Origin: Octopus bimaculoides | Taxonomy: Eukaryota | Reading direction: 5' to 3' | DNA length: 35,850 nt | NCBI RefSeq assembly: GCF_001194135.2 | Contig: NC_068983.1 | Span: 79,180,334-79,216,183, forward strand | Shown: positions 9,745-22,102 of the stretch, in pieces | Position numbering within the stretch: position 1 is the stretch's first letter | Layout of the letters: each line of letters starts with the position of its first letter | Notes under the pieces: generated by a model | What the model was told of the DNA's origin: nothing | Database searches by the model: none | What the model saw: the letters and a program-made list of their open reading frames with translations, nothing else | Position numbers and translations under genes: made by a program

Positions 9745-10212
9745 GTGTTGGCTGCTCATAACGAAATCATAAATAATAGCCGAGACGCCGCATGTTTCCC
9801 TTCCCTTCTCGAGCTAGCGAGGCCAGACCGAGGGATCGGTAAAAGGCCTGACGATATGACAATTTTCCCGTTCCGTGGAGGTAGGCTTCTTCTCATCTGG
9901 GATTCCGCATGTGACACCTTCTCCAGCAGCTACTTGGCGTGTTCAGCTACCAGCCCAGGCTCCGCTGCTTGTCAGGCTGAGAAATACTAACTGTCAAAGT
10001 ATCAGTCACTTTCTCTCAGATTTATGGTCGGGCCTGTGACAGTGGAAACCTCCGGGACTCTCGGGCCCCGGACTATATCTCTGCTCACCGCTTTCGGTCG
10101 GAGATGGCTATTCACCAGTGCGAGTCCCGTGAGTCAGAGTGACTGTTCTAACGCGTCTCTCTCGCCATCTTCTGGGGCAACGCCTTTTCCATTTTGTCTG
10201 TTGGGACCATGA
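9745..10212 (+). mobile_element. 3' fragment of a CRE-clade non-LTR retrotransposon (restriction-like endonuclease domain), inactivated
   Basis: One frame reads AHNEIIN...PSLLE...GKRPDDMTIFPFRGGRLLLIWD..CDTFSSSYL..SA..PGSAA..AE..*..KY..L...PVTVETSGTLGP. After a frameshift it reads RESE*LF*RVSLAIFWGNAFSIL. This matches the CRE C-terminal pattern GKRPDG..PW..GK.L.WD / AE.K..KY / PVAVET.G / QRLS.AIQRGNA. Confidence 0.88.
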
Positions 10213-10559
10213 GACGGTCTGAATTACAAGAAATCGAGGGAATCTAAGAATTTCGTAGCTTACTACACGAGCAACAACATAATGCTTGTTTATATGTTGC
10301 ATAGCTGGAGGTTCAAGCAGCAGCAGCAAGGTTGCACTCTTATTTTAAAATTTAAAATGATATTGTAATAAAAATCTTGGTTTCGAGAAAATTCGTTCGC
10401 TTTAATTTCTTATATTTTCTTACGTAATTTTCTACATCAAATAATATATTTACATCTCCAACTTTACAGATGATTCTTCTTATTACTGTCACTCTTACGA
10501 AGATTGTTTTCTATTATATGTATTATACACATTGTCAGTAATTATTATTTTCACTCGAC

Positions 10560-10850
10560 GGCGAATAGATACAATCGTTAGCACGTCTGGACAAATAGCT
10601 TAACGGTATTTCTCACGTTCTGAGAACGACTCACTAGCGTAGCTAGGAGATGGGGTGGGGGCGTCCTTTTAAAGGGGCACCACTTTTAGGTCTGCTGTAG
10701 GCAATATATGATTTTTGTGTGGGGGGTCCGGGGGCTACAAACGGAAGGGCCGCCCCGGGCGGCACACACTCTAGCTACGCTAGTGGATCGATTTTACTTT
10801 ACATCATCCTTTCAGAGTCGATTGATCTAATCGACTAGTGCCCACCATCA
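10560..10850 (+). mobile_element. Family A SINE split by a MITE insertion
   Basis: Head ggcgaatagatacaatcgttagcacg...gttctgag (10560-10625) resumes after 10785 with gatcgattttactttacatcatcctttcagagtcgat. Confidence 0.72.
10632..10785 (-). mobile_element. MITE with CACTAGCGTAGCTAG TIR, copy 2 (inverted relative to 7249-7416)
   Basis: Perfect 15-bp TIR (10632-10646 and 10771-10785). Flanks gaacgact and gatcgatt match 6/8. Confidence 0.87.
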
Positions 10851-10904
10851 AAATGCCAGCCTTGTGTTTATAGTAGAAAGAATTGCTATTTTTACAAAAG
10901 ACAA

Positions 10905-11070
10905 CGAACTAGAAGAATCGGTTACACGTCGGACAAGATGCTTAGCAGCATTTCTTACGGGTCGTCACTTTCTGAGTTCAAATGTCGCCGAGGTCAACTT
11001 GCCTTTTGGGGTCAATAAAATAAAGTACCAGCGAATCACTGGAGTCAATGAAATCAACTAAGCCCCTCTT
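10905..11070 (+). mobile_element. Family A SINE with CpGs largely retained
   Basis: gaatcggttacacgtcggacaagatgcttagcagc...ttctgagttcaaatgtcgccgaggtcaactttgcc. Confidence 0.82.
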
Positions 11071-11438
11071 TTAGAATCAGCTGGCGATTTTGTGCCAAAG
11101 CTTGAAACAATTGTTTCTGCTACCAGGATTGTAGTCTACTGGACCCATGAATATCTGACAGGTTACTTCCTGGGGAGAAAAAAAAAAAAAGAACTCCCTA
11201 CTTTTGTCGGGGTTCTTCGGGGTCTCGAAAGCAGTCTTGGTCCGTCTTGTAAAATTTTCCTCTCGGAGGACCAAGGGTGTCTCTACGGCAGTCACTCGAC
11301 TTGCTAGCTTGCTGGAAATAACATCCAAATAACCCTCAAATCATAACAAAACTCATTTGCGTAGAGTAGCTTCCCCCCACCCTTTCATTAAACGAAACGT
11401 ACCTTCGACAAGCCACTGCTCTAATAGTTTTCTTCTTC

Positions 11439-11598
11439 TAGCTTGCTTACCAACCACATAGTTCCGGGTTCAGTCCCACTGCGTGNNNNNNNNNNNNNNN
11501 NNNNNNNNNNNNNNNNNNNNNNNNNNNNNNNNNNNNNNNNNNNNNNNNNNNNNNNNNNNNNNNNNNNNNNNNNNNNNNNNNNNNNNNNNNNNNNNNNN

Positions 11599-11635
<37 letters not shown>

Positions 11636-11832
11636 GCGTCTGTGTTTGTCCCCCTAGCATTGCTTGACAAACGATGCTGGTGTGTTTATGTCCCCGTCAC
11701 TTAGCGGTTCGGCAAAAGAAACCGATAGAATAAGTACTAGGCTTACAAAGAATAAGCCCCGGGGTCGATTTGCTCGACTAAAGGCGGTGCTCCAGCATGG
11801 CCGCAGTCAAATGACTGAAACAAGTAAAAGAG
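11439..11832 (+). mobile_element. tRNA-derived SINE 'family B' with internal (GT)n microsatellite, spanning a gap
   Basis: Head tagcttgcttaccaaccacatagttccgggttcagtcccactgcgtg, gap 11486-11598, (TG)n, then 3' part ...ggggtcgatttgctcgactaaaggcggtgctccagcatggccgcagtcaaatgactgaaacaagtaaaagag. Nearly identical to parts of 21733-22102. Confidence 0.9.
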
Positions 11833-12525
11833 TATGGTTTAAGAAACCCTCCCCCCCTAAAAAAAACACTGTAAGGTGTCTGTATTACGGCCTTTGAAAA
11901 ATAATACGAGTGGTCAAGGCCGGAATGCCTTTGATCTCAGGACTGCTTGAACAGAGATACGGGCGTCATTCAACAATAACAATACTTATCTTAGGACCTA
12001 ATTAGAATTCGCTCTGGCGCCGATTAGGTTTCTTTTTTCTGTTATCCTTCCTATGAAAAGCAATTAAGTACTAGTAATACACAACTAATACTAGACAAGT
12101 AGATTGACTGAATTTCTTTAGAGCAAAGCTCTCTCTTTTCTTCCTTCCTTCCTTCTTTGCATTGCTTATCTCAAATTATCAAAATGCTACTAAAGAATGC
12201 GTAGGCTTCGAAACAGTAACCTTTTCGTATTTGCAGCACGCGCCTTATCGTCTAATAGAGTTGTTTGTTGTTGGTGGAATGAACACGGAAATAAACCAAA
12301 AGTAGAAAACAAACAAGTGTCAGTAGCGATGTGTGATAGTGAACGATGCTTGGTAAGGGTGGCAGTAATAACAGGAGTCAGCTGTAAAGTTGGAAGCTGT
12401 TAGTGGCAGTTGTGGAATAGGAGACGGGAGAAGTGGTGGCAGCAGTAGTATAAGAGATAGAGGTACTGGCGGGGACGACAGAAGCATTAGCAGTAACGAT
12501 AGATTGTATAAGGGTTGCTGGTGAC

Positions 12526-14205
12526 TGTTGTTTAGCCCCAGAGCAAAACGTCTGTTCAAAGGCATTCTAGCCATGATCATCCCGTCTTGTTTTTAGACAA
12601 AGCATATCCAACATTACACTGTCCAGTGTTTCGCAGAAAAAGAAAAGAAAAAAAAAACGGTGTGATTTGAATTTGAGGAAGACTTGGTTGCTATTTCTAG
12701 CAGGTTGAGTGACTGCTTGCGAGCTTTCTGTTTTGACTTGTTGTGGGTGACTATGTCGGGAGATGGTTGTGGTGGTGTCAGCGGCGCAGATATATTTCGT
12801 TGTTGTTTAGCATCAGGTCATCTCTGGTCAAATAGACATGTGATCAAAAGCATTTCAGCTGATTGTCTCGTCTCTGTAGGGGTTATATAAAAACTACGTT
12901 ATATAACGCATACTTATCCCTTTTTGACAGTACGGGTATGATATGAGGGAGGTTTGGTAGTTATTATTAGAAGGTCGAACGACCACATAAAGATTTCCTT
13001 CATTAGTTCTTGATAGATTTCGCAGTGTTGTAGGCCGCATAAGGATTGTTGGTGTTTAGCCCTGAGGTAACGCTAAGTAAACCTATGATGAAAGGAATTG
13101 TAACCATCCCATGTTTTCATCAGTGTGTATTGAGAACTACACAATATATCTTCCCCTTATTTCTAAGGCATCAGGGTCTGGTTTGAGAGAAATCTGGATG
13201 CTATTTACATTAGTTGATTTTATTGTTTATCCCTAAATAGCTCTGATCCAACAAAACTATGATTAAAAAAAGCATTCCAACGAGGCCCTTCCGTTTTCTA
13301 ACTTTTTTCTTTTACGGATATGGAGGACAGGACTACATTAACTAAAGTGACCTTTCTTTAAGACGGTAATATGCAATATTTGAGGGAAATTTGGCTGCTA
13401 TTACCATTAATTAATGCAAACAGCTAGATACCCTCATTAACCTGTCATATTAAAAAGGAGAGGTAATCGGAGGCGTGTCATTGTTAACCCAAGAAATTCG
13501 CTTCGGTTGTGATCATTCCGCTTTATTTTCGACTAGAATGCATCTAGGATCACAGTCTCAAGTGTGTCTTTTTTCAGAGCGTAGAGGGTGAGATTTAAGA
13601 AAGATCTGATGCCTATTTCCAACAGATCGACGCATGAAGGTTCCCTCGCTGACTCATATTTGTGATGTCGGTGTCGTCGAAGTCCTGGTCAGCTCGGAAC
13701 AAGAAATATTTATGACCAAAGGCATTCGTCATTCTTTATTTTTCTGTCTAATTGTAGGACAACATAATTCAATGCCTCTTTTTTCTCTTAAGACGGTACG
13801 TTGAAATTTGAAGGAGACTTGACTGTTCTTTCTTGTAAGCCGAACAATAGTGAGTGTGGAGTTCCATCTCGTTGGCTTGTAATGTTGCTCTGTTAGTGAC
13901 GGCGGCAGTGAATAAGTTATGTTAGGTGGAGAGATAAAGTTGGTAAGCCAGCGTAGGAATAATGGTAAGTAACGACAGATGATAGAAGCGGGACAGAAAG
14001 AGAGGGAAATATTGCAACAAAATGTGAAAGGAGATCAGTTATTTGCTGTGGTTGTTTAACACCATCACAAAACTATGATTGAGCAGATCTATAAACAATG
14101 TCCTTCCAGCGATGACCATCCATCCATCGATCTATTTCCAAGGCATTGCATAATGAGGATTTCAGGGTGTGATATGGGTGAGTCTGAACTGTCGTTTCCC
14201 TTCCC
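12526..14205 (+). repeat. Cluster of seven same-orientation, diverged ~170-210-bp units of an unclassified dispersed repeat
   Basis: Start anchors TGTTGTTTAGCCCC-like at ~12526, 12801, 13047, 13221, 13481, ~13670 and 14051. Each is followed by TGATCAAAGGCATT-like and GAGGGAGATTTGGCTGCTATTTCTAGC-like anchors. Confidence 0.72.
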
Positions 14206-14287
14206 GGAAACCGAAAATGATTATCAGTTTCCGTGCTCTCAGATGTCGAAGCGTAATAAAACTAACCAAGGTGCTTCTGTGTACCGA

Positions 14288-14288
<1 letters not shown>

Positions 14289-14330
<42 letters not shown>

Positions 14331-14666
14331 NNNNNNNNNNNNNNNNNNNNNNNNNNNNNNNNNNNNNNNNNNNNNNNNNNNNNNNNNNNNNNNNNNNNNN
14401 NNNNNNNNNNNNNNNNNNNNNNNNNNNNNNNNNNNNNNNNNNNNNNNNNNNNNNNNNNNNNNNNNNNNNNNNNNNNNNNNNNNNNNNNNNNNNNNNNNNN
14501 NNNNNNNNNNNNNNNNNNNNNNNNNNNNNNNNNNNNNNNNNNNNNNNNNNNNNNNNNNNNNNNNNNNNNNNNNNNNNNNNNNNNNNNNNNNNNNNNNNNN
14601 NNNNNNNNNNNNNNNNNNNNNNNNNNNNNNNNNNNNNNNNNNNNNNNNNNNNNNNNNNNNNNNNNN

Positions 14667-14706
<40 letters not shown>

Positions 14707-15708
14707 CATACCCCACCTAATTGTACTTAGACGCCTGTCGGTCTACACCTGTTCACCAATCAGCAACTTTTACCTCAATGTCACTCACTGGGTCGTTACC
14801 CCCTCTCGCAGTTACTAATTTTCTTACATCTCCATACTCTATTCATTTTTATTTATATCACTTTTACGTATGCTTCTTTTTTTTCTTTTTTTTTTTCAAA
14901 ATATTGTTTTCTATTTTAATGTTCTAACTCTATTTCATCACACACGTACATATAAACATACATACACACATAAACATACATATACAAACACATATATATA
15001 TATATATATTTATACACGTGTACTTGCATATATATACAAACTTATATATACATATACGTATATATGTATGCATGCATATATGTATACATGCATGTATTTA
15101 TGTACCTTTATGTACATTTACATATGCATATATATATATATATATATATANNNNNNNNNNNNNNNNNNNNNNNNNNNNNNNNNNNNNNNNNNNNNNNNNN
15201 NNNNNNNNNNNNNNNNNNNNNNNNNNNNNNNNNNNNNNNNNNNNNNNNNNNNNNNNNNNNNNNNNNNNNNNNNNNNNNNNNNNNNNNNNNNNNNNNNNNN
15301 NNNNNNNNNNNNNNNNNNNNNNNNNNNNNNNNNNNNNNNNNNNNNNNNNNNNNNNNNNNNNNNNNNNNNNNNNNNNNNNNNNNNNNNNNNNNNNNNNNNN
15401 NNNNNNNNNNNNNNNNNNNNNNNNNNNNNNNNNNNNNNNNNNNNNNNNNNNNNNNNNNNNNNNNNNNNNNNNNNNNNNNNNNNNNNNNNNNNNNNNNNNN
15501 NNNNNNNNNNNNNNNNNNNNNNNNNNNNNNNNNNNNNNNNNNNNNNNNNNNNNNNNNNNNNNNNNNNNNNNNNNNNNNNNNNNNNNNNNNNNNNNNNNNN
15601 NNNNNNNNNNNNNNNNNNNNNNNNNNNNNNNNNNNNNNNNNNNNNNNNNNNNNNNNNNNNNNNNNNNNNNNNNNNNNNNNNNNNNNNNNNNNNNNNNNNN
15701 NNNNNNNN

Positions 15709-15757
<49 letters not shown>

Positions 15758-16374
15758 ATGTATGTATATGCATGTATGTATATGTGGGTACATATATGTA
15801 ATACACAAGTGTGTGTGTATACGTATTCATACAGTATGCATTAAAACTTTTGTGGGTGTGTACAGTTAGTGACAGAAAGTTGTAAGAGTACTCAATTAAA
15901 ATGACATGAATGAAAAAAAGTTGCTTGGTTGTAGTGATGTATTTTCCGGTGTACTGAATACCTTACTGACAAGACAAGACAAGATCGGAAGACAAGTAGA
16001 ACTAAACTGTAGGCATTTCTCTGTTGTCACCACAATCAACATCATAAGCAAGACCATCTCTTACTGTCGCGTCATTGTCATTGCTTATTTTTATTAATGC
16101 CTTTCTCACTAATGAAATAATATCAATAATAACAAAATAAAATTTTAAAAAAACACACAGAGAAAGCAACACATTATTACAGTGTAAAAAGTTCTGTCTA
16201 ACATCATTCTTATACATAAGTATTACGTACAGGTACCGCCCCATCTTCCTCTTAAACTCTCTCTCTCTCTCTGCGTCCCTCTTGTCTTCTCTACACCTCA
16301 TTCTTTCATGTTTTTATTCTCTATTCTATTCTCCCGATTGTTTAATCTGACTTCTTGTCCTCCGTCTCCTTGTT

Positions 16375-16451
<77 letters not shown>

Positions 16452-17264
16452 NNNNNNNNNNNNNNNNNNNNNNNNNNNNNNNNNNNNNNNNNNNNNNNNN
16501 NNNNNNNNNNNNNNNNNNNNNNNNNNNNNNNNNNNNNNNNNNNNNNNNNNNNNNNNNNNNNNNNNNNNNNNNNNNNNNNNNNNNNNNNNNNNNNNNNNNN
16601 NNNNNNNNNNNNNNNNNNNNNNNNNNNNNNNNNNNNNNNNNNNNNNNNNNNNNNNNNNNNNNNNNNNNNNNNNNNNNNNNNNNNNNNNNNNNNNNNNNNN
16701 NNNNNNNNNNNNNNNNNNNNNNNNNNNNNNNNNNNNNNNNNNNNNNNNNNNNNNNNNNNNNNNNNNNNNNNNNNNNNNNNNNNNNNNNNNNNNNNNNNNN
16801 NNNNNNNNNNNNNNNNNNNNNNNNNNNNNNNNNNNNNNNNNNNNNNNNNNNNNNNNNNNNNNNNNNNNNNNNNNNNNNNNNNNNNNNNNNNNNNNNNNNN
16901 NNNNNNNNNNNNNNNNNNNNNNNNNNNNNNNNNNNNNNNNNNNNNNNNNNNNNNNNNNNNNNNNNNNNNNNNNNNNNNNNNNNNNNNNNNNNNNNNNNNN
17001 NNNNNNNNNNNNNNNNNNNNNNNNNNNNNNNNNNNNNNNNNNNNNNNNNNNNNNNNNNNNNNNNNNNNNNNNNNNNNNNNNNNNNNNNNNNNNNNNNNNN
17101 NNNNNNNNNNNNNNNNNNNNNNNNNNNNNNNNNNNNNNNNNNNNNNNNNNNNNNNNNNNNNNNNNNNNNNNNNNNNNNNNNNNNNNNNNNNNNNNNNNNN
17201 NNNNNNNNNNNNNNNNNNNNNNNNNNNNNNNNNNNNNNNNNNNNNNNNNNNNNNNNNNNNNNNN

Positions 17265-17300
<36 letters not shown>

Positions 17301-18356
17301 GGCATACAGTGAATTCTTTCGATTTCTATCTTCGTCACTTATTCCTTCTTTTCTTCCTTCCTTCTTGCCATGCTAGCTGAATGACTGGCGCTGCTCCTCC
17401 ACGCCTAGACAGATTACTGGCACCTTCTTTACCTACCTGCTGTAATCCCGTACAAGCCAAGAGAAAATCAGCAAGTGATATAAATACGAAGGGAGAAAAA
17501 CAAAAAAAGATCTGTACACACGCAAACAGCAGCAGGCACACATCCACAAACATAAATATTTCTTACACATACATACGCACATACAAACATAAACATTTAT
17601 GTATGTGCTCGTGTTTACATATACGAAGTGAAACGGATAGATAAATTTATATAGCAATATATGTATACGTGTATGTATGTATATCTATATATATACAACT
17701 ATATATGTATGCCTACATATACATAGTGTGTGTGTATGTAAATATATCTTGGCACCTATTAAGTGACTTTCGGAGTCAATTTATTATTATTCTCTTATTA
17801 CACGATATACACTCACGAGGAAAGGTAAGTTCGCTTATTTTGGATCTTTCATTCTCGGTCGTTTTACCGTTTATTGTTGTCATATATTTTAACATGTGTA
17901 CTGATGAAACATGTAAACATGTAGCCTAACATGAATGACTAATTCATCACAGCTATTCACTCACCATGCTTGAATAAATATACACACACACCCCCAACTC
18001 TTTCCCGGCCAAATTTTCATTCCTCCTCCCCATCTCTCTCTCTTTGTCTTTTGTACATTTATTACCTCATTCATGCAACAAATAAATTGAAGCTATTATT
18101 TTTTGAACTCTCAAATTTTTAGTCATTTTATACCGGTATTTTAATTCTGTGATACACAAAAACTCAGCATCACACACGTGTCTATACGTAGAAATAGGTT
18201 GTGCGCATATATATATATATATATACATACATACATATATANNNNNNNNNNNNNNNNNNNNNNNNNNNNNNNNNNNNNNNNNNNNNNNNNNNNNNNNNNN
18301 NNNNNNNNNNNNNNNNNNNNNNNNNNNNNNNNNNNNNNNNNNNNNNNNNNNNNNNN

Positions 18357-18389
<33 letters not shown>

Positions 18390-19107
18390 GCATATGCACA
18401 CCACACACGTATGTAAGTGGAAGTGCTTATTGTGATCGCTTTGGGATGAAACCACTTAGATAACAATATCCGACATAATATTTAAGCAGAGTATATAACA
18501 ATATCATGAGCTTGTTCGGGACCAATTTTAAGACAGTAATCGTTATATGTTGACTATATATTATATTTATCATAACACTACCTGTGATTGTAATAAGCGG
18601 CTCCCACTGTAATTAAATTTGTCATTCAACATATATGAAATTCAGTTTCTCTTCTCATTGTATTGTTACAAATACAAAATAATCAAAAACTACAAAAGAC
18701 ATATATGAACCAACAAGTATGCATACAAAACACATACGCACAAGGTATATAGGTATGAATAGATGTATTTTGTGTACGTTGACACATGTAAAAAAAACAT
18801 GTCATTACAAAAGCGTATTCGGATTGTCCGATACTGTTTCGATATAAAAAAAAAGTTGACTTTTGTTCGGATCAACAAAAACAACAAACAAAGGCATTGA
18901 AGAGATACAAACAAGATGCTGGTGTTTCAACTGAATGAACGATATAAATATTTCTTTAATTCTTCTTCACCTATTCTCACGCCGCAGGTTGTTGTTAACT
19001 CTTGTTTCTATGTATTATAAAATTTAAAAAAAAAACATTTACTTTTGGCAATCGTCACATACTTGCTTAAGGTCTTATGTGTATATGTGCGTGTGTATGT
19101 ATGTCTG

Positions 19108-19144
<37 letters not shown>

Positions 19145-19215
19145 ACATATATAGCTGAATGTGTGTATGTATATGTGTATGTGTATATGTCACTGTCTAT
19201 ATATGTGTATCCAAG

Positions 19216-19278
<63 letters not shown>

Positions 19279-19288
19279 NNNNNNNNNN

Positions 19289-19325
<37 letters not shown>
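14289..19325. repeat. Microsatellite-dense block ((GA)n, (TA)n, (CA)n, TATG/TACA mixed repeats) containing most assembly gaps
   Basis: Gaps at 14331-14666, 15151-15708, 16452-17264, 18242-18356 and 19279-19288 are each bordered by dinucleotide runs. Other gaps are at 11486-11598, 20185-20194 and 22392-22401. Confidence 0.95.
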
Positions 19326-19327
<2 letters not shown>

Positions 19328-20194
19328 AATATATGTTTCTTTTTACTCTCAAACAAACCTTTATCGAGCAAACCTATGTATGATCAAAAGCTGTCATCCT
19401 GTCCTTTCTTTAGTTAAGACGACAAGTAGGGTTAGATATGGGGTACATTTGTCTGGTCTTTCTAATTTCAACCACTATATAGGCCCTTCCTCGTCACGTT
19501 AGGAGCACATTTGTATATTTATACATGTATGTATATATAATTTGTTTATTTTGATTTTGATTGTTTTCGTAACGCCTATAAATAGGATTCTTCATAGATC
19601 TGTTTATGTATAGTAAGTATGTACGTATGTATGTATGTATGTATGTATGTATGTATATATATATGTATGTATATATATATAGAGAGATAGATACTTTTCT
19701 TGCTTGAAAGTATGAAAATTCTTGACGAAAAACAATGTGTTGTGAAAAGCGAAACAGGATTCTTTTCTTCTTGTTGTAATTTCTGAACAAAATGTAAAAT
19801 TAAATTTAATTAGCCCAGACTGAAATCGGAATATAAGAGTGAAGGAAAGTCTGTTTGGCTTGAAGATAACTTGACGTTTAGTCTTCGCCGGTTTGTCGTT
19901 TCCTCTTAGTTGTTGCTTTCTTTATCGCCCCACCTTCCGACGTCAACGACACTCTACGGATCAGCTCTGTGATCAAAAGCATTCCAGCTGTGATCATTAC
20001 ATGTTTTATTATTATTTTTTTTTTTTTGCTATTGATATGTGAAAATGTATTATTTAATGTGTCGTTTCTTTATAGTAAGTAGGGTGTTATTTGAATGAGT
20101 TTTGGCTACTGTGTTCAGTCGATCGAGCAACCATGTACAGGGGCACCTTCGGAAATATTCGGTTGTTTGGTACAGCGATTCTCANNNNNNNNNN

Positions 20195-20234
<40 letters not shown>

Positions 20235-20334
20235 TCATCCATCTGAAAATATAAGTTACTGATTAAATCGAGGTTTGGACAACACTATCCCAAAGCTCTA
20301 CGCACTGATATCGAACTCGGAAACTCTGAAACAC

Positions 20335-20665
20335 GTGGTTCCGAGTTCGGTTGCTCTGCGTGCCACCTTGGACAAGCACAAACCTCTTCTATCTGCTGTT
20401 ACTTCGGGATGACCAATGTTTTTGCGTATGCAAATTGGTAGACGGAAACTGTACGAAACCCGTCATTACTTGTTATGTGTCTTTGTATGTCTGTATTCGT
20501 GTCGCTGACGTTGTGTCGTGTCTTGATGTCCCATAGTCTGGCTGTTTAACAAATAGAGATCGATAAAATAAATATTAGACTGAAATGAGTACTGCGGTCG
20601 ATATAATTGATTGTGAGTCTTGGAAATAGTGTCCCCCGTAGGACCGCAGTCCAGTAAAAGAATAC
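20335..20665 (+). mobile_element. Highly degenerate family B SINE
   Basis: ggttccgagttcggttgctctgcgtgccaccttggacaag...tggtagacggaaactgtacgaaacccgtc...gaccgcagtccagtaaaagaat. Confidence 0.62.
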
Positions 20666-21579
20666 ATACGTACATACATCTCTGTCTGTCTGTCTGTCTG
20701 TCTCTAATATGTATGTGTGGATATATATAGATAGATAGAGACATGCGCGTGCGCTCATACACATGTATATAGGCTTTACAGGCATTAATGATTCATACAA
20801 GCGAAATATATGATAGTTCTTGTATATTCTTTATTGTTGCGCATATAGGTATACATATGTGAATAGATATTTAGTATGTTCGGATAAAGCGTGAGAGAGA
20901 GAGAGAGAAAGAAAGAGGTTCATTCATATGAAACATAATAGATTATTCATATGCACACACATATACACATGTATGAATATGTCTGTGTTTGGATAGATAG
21001 ATAGATAGATAGATTTATTTTAAGTGTGTGTCTGTCTGTGTCAATTAATAACCAATTCTGATTATAATCGTAGTGGGTTTTCACAATACAACACAATACC
21101 AATCTCTTTCAAATAAATTGGCAATTGTCTTGCTTCTAGCACCACTGAAGAAATTATCTATATAACTCGAGGAATAATTACAAATTAAACGAACTTTAAA
21201 ATGTTCAACCCGTATTATAATCATTATATCAAACAATGTGTATGTGTGTGTATATATATATAGTTTTGTATCTTTCGCGCACACTACCCTGTCGTTTATG
21301 CATGAATGTGTGACGTATATATATAAATATAATTTTATATATATGTATATTCGACGGTATTAAGTCGTCATTTCAACCGGACTGGGATGGAGCATTTAAG
21401 TTGTGCAATATACCATAAACAAGACTATTCGCTTTGGCGGATCGATTGGAAATAGCCCAGTCCCTAAGTCTTTCAGCTGATTGTTGTATCATCACTGACG
21501 GATAGTAAGTGTAAATGGAAGGCGATAGCTTCAGCATCATAACAACATTCCTATGCAACCAATTTGAAAAGCAGATGTG

Positions 21580-21625
<46 letters not shown>

Positions 21626-21732
21626 GATAGAGAGAGATGAAAGGAGACTTTTATTCAATGCACAATCTCGTATTTATCAAAACTTGACTGCGCGAATTCG
21701 ATTCTCGTTATTTCTTATTATTTGTAAACAAT

Positions 21733-21865
21733 GCAGGAGTGGCTGTGTGGTAAGTAGCTTGCTTACCAACCACATGGTTCTGGGTTCAGTCCTACTGCGT
21801 GGTACCTTGGGCAAGTGTCTTGTGAGTGGATTTGGTAGACGGAAACTGAAAGAAGCCCGTCGTAT

Positions 21866-21897
<32 letters not shown>

Positions 21898-22102
21898 GTG
21901 TGTGTAAGTTTGTGTATGTGCTTGTCCCCCAACATCACTTGACAACCGATGCTGGTGTGTTTACGTCCCCGTAACTTAGCGGTTCGGCAAAATAGACCGA
22001 TAGAATAAGCCCTGGGGTCGATTTCTTCGACTAAAGGCGGTGCTCCAGCATGGCCACAGTCAAATGACTGAAACAAGTAAAAGAGAGTAAAAGAGTAAAG
22101 AG
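21733..22102 (+). mobile_element. Family B SINE with intact tRNA-like head, internal (TA)/(TG) tract and repeated AAGAGTA tail
   Basis: gcaggagtggctgtgtggtaagtagcttgcttaccaaccacatggttctgggttcagtcc (A/B-box region), with a 3' part as at 11640-11832. Confidence 0.92.

Noticed and set aside
12526-14205. CRISPR-like repeat-spacer interpretation of the seven-unit array
   Set aside because: Units are ~200 bp, strongly diverged and irregularly spaced, the context is eukaryotic, and there are no cas genes.
18960-18990. Isolated strong plus-strand acceptors (18987/18988; also ~27763)
   Set aside because: No downstream open frame with a matching donor. Such pyrimidine tracts are common in this T-rich DNA.
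14075-19417. Long ORFs of 150-346 aa in the supplied track
   Set aside because: They run through N-gaps and TA/GA/CA microsatellites (YIYI, ERER, X runs) and are artefacts.
21373-21552. Possible RT relic (SDDTTIS in one frame, IQQSAERLRDWAISNR in another)
   Set aside because: The two motif-like peptides are encoded by the same nucleotides in different frames, so they cannot both be real. Neither is sufficient alone.
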